Source: Bacteroidia bacterium (GTDB lineage: Bacteria > Bacteroidota > Bacteroidia > AKYH767-A > OLB10). Taken from it: a stretch of DNA of 64,000 bases. Position numbers and translations under genes: made by a program. The notes beneath the pieces were generated by a model. The model had not been told where the DNA came from, did not search any database, and worked only from the letters and a program-made list of their open reading frames with translations. Shown piece after piece: positions 63,294-64,000 of the stretch. Positions within the stretch are counted from its first letter, which is position 1. Each line of letters starts with the position of its first letter. The stretch covers positions 4,241-68,240 of the forward strand of contig JBBRAW010000005.1 of assembly GCA_038206385.1 (NCBI GenBank), read 5' to 3'.

Positions 63294-63323
63294 AAAAGGC
63301 AGCCATTTTATGGCTGCCTTTTT
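63294..63323. terminator. Intrinsic terminator
   Basis: AAAAGGCAGCCAT-TTT-ATGGCTGCCTTTT. Confidence 0.88.
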
Positions 63324-63590
63324 ATTTGGAAATAAACAAACTCTTTGTATGTTTATTAACCCCAATCTATAGAAGGTTAATTTCTAAAGATTGTTTCCAT
63401 TTCTAAAATACATTTGATTATTGTTTATTGATGACAATTTTTTTATATAAATTGACACCTTCTAATGTTAACAATTTTTTCTTCGTTAGAGTTTATATAT
63501 TTGATCTTACAAAGGATTTGTTTTACTCTTTGACGTTGGTGGTAATACTGGAGGAGCTCGAAGAATTCAACAGTAAAAAAAATTAAGTTA

Positions 63591-64000
63591 ATGAATAAAA
63601 GAGAACAAAATGTAGGAGGAGTAATTAGCTATTTTGTAATAGTTCTTTTTCTAATTTATGTAGCATTTTCCATTTTGGGTTTCGACAACGAAGTTAAAAT
63701 TTTAACCTCCTTAGGAATAATATTTATAAGCACATTTTTTTTATGCTTTTTTGTGTTGCGAACTTATAGGAGAAACAATAGTGTAAATGAAATCGACTAC
63801 TTGAACAGTGGAACACAGCGATATCTTTTAGCATTATTCATGATATTTTATGGGCTACCTAAAATATTTGGTACTTTTTTCGACTACCAACTTTTTGCAT
63901 TAGACTCAAAACTAATTGACGTTTCAGATTTTGAATTGGCCTGGTATTACTTTGGAAAAAATAGATGGCAAGAATTATTTGCAGGTTTTATGGAATTAAT
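63591..64000 (+). CDS. DoxX-like membrane protein, runs off the window end
   Basis: Not in the ORF track. Manual translation MNKREQ...RYLLALFMIFYGLPKIFG...LDSKL..VSDFELAWYYFG...LFAGFMEL is open to the end. Confidence 0.65.
   Translation, partial: MNKREQNVGGVISYFVIVLFLIYVAFSILGFDNEVKILTSLGIIFISTFFLCFFVLRTYRRNNSVNEIDYLNSGTQRYLLALFMIFYGLPKIFGTFFDYQLFALDSKLIDVSDFELAWYYFGKNRWQELFAGFMEL

Noticed and set aside
2372-63365. Numerous 60-140 aa ORFs antisense or out of frame within larger genes (e.g. 2372, 4340, 10748, 20644, 22677, 28943, 41606, 55457, 59462)
   Set aside because: They are shadows of well-supported genes, with no motifs or independent start signals.

Overview
AT-rich Bacteroidota chromosomal segment (three T9SS C-terminal-domain proteins, a TonB-dependent receptor, typical ybeY-mnmG and gltX-glnS-folB gene order). 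It probably spans the replication origin: three parS sites lie at 31-34 kb, an AT-rich TTATTAACA-box gap at about 52 kb, and gene strand switches there. Left to right: (1) the end of an NRPS cluster with two tandem Gly-type A-T-TE termination modules and a PPTase; (2) S41 protease, yceI with a collapsed alkene-reductase remnant, rsmI and an S8-MAM protease; (3) an ECF sigma / anti-sigma / CpxP-like / MbnP / MbnH / YHYH locus with two identical ECF-type promoters; (4) a decaying type I R-M defence island (hsdR and hsdS dead, hsdM and HigBA intact) built from cassettes flanked by duplicated hsd 3' ends and 110-150 bp palindromic elements; (5) housekeeping genes; (6) a four-gene signalling module (PCPPxC protein, multi-TM membrane protein, sensor-less histidine kinase, NarL-type regulator), TMEM175, an IS200 remnant, an HTH-Panacea/RelE-like TA pair and a TonB receptor with a PPP-ending upstream ORF. 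All assignments come from motif recognition by eye; no database searches were run.
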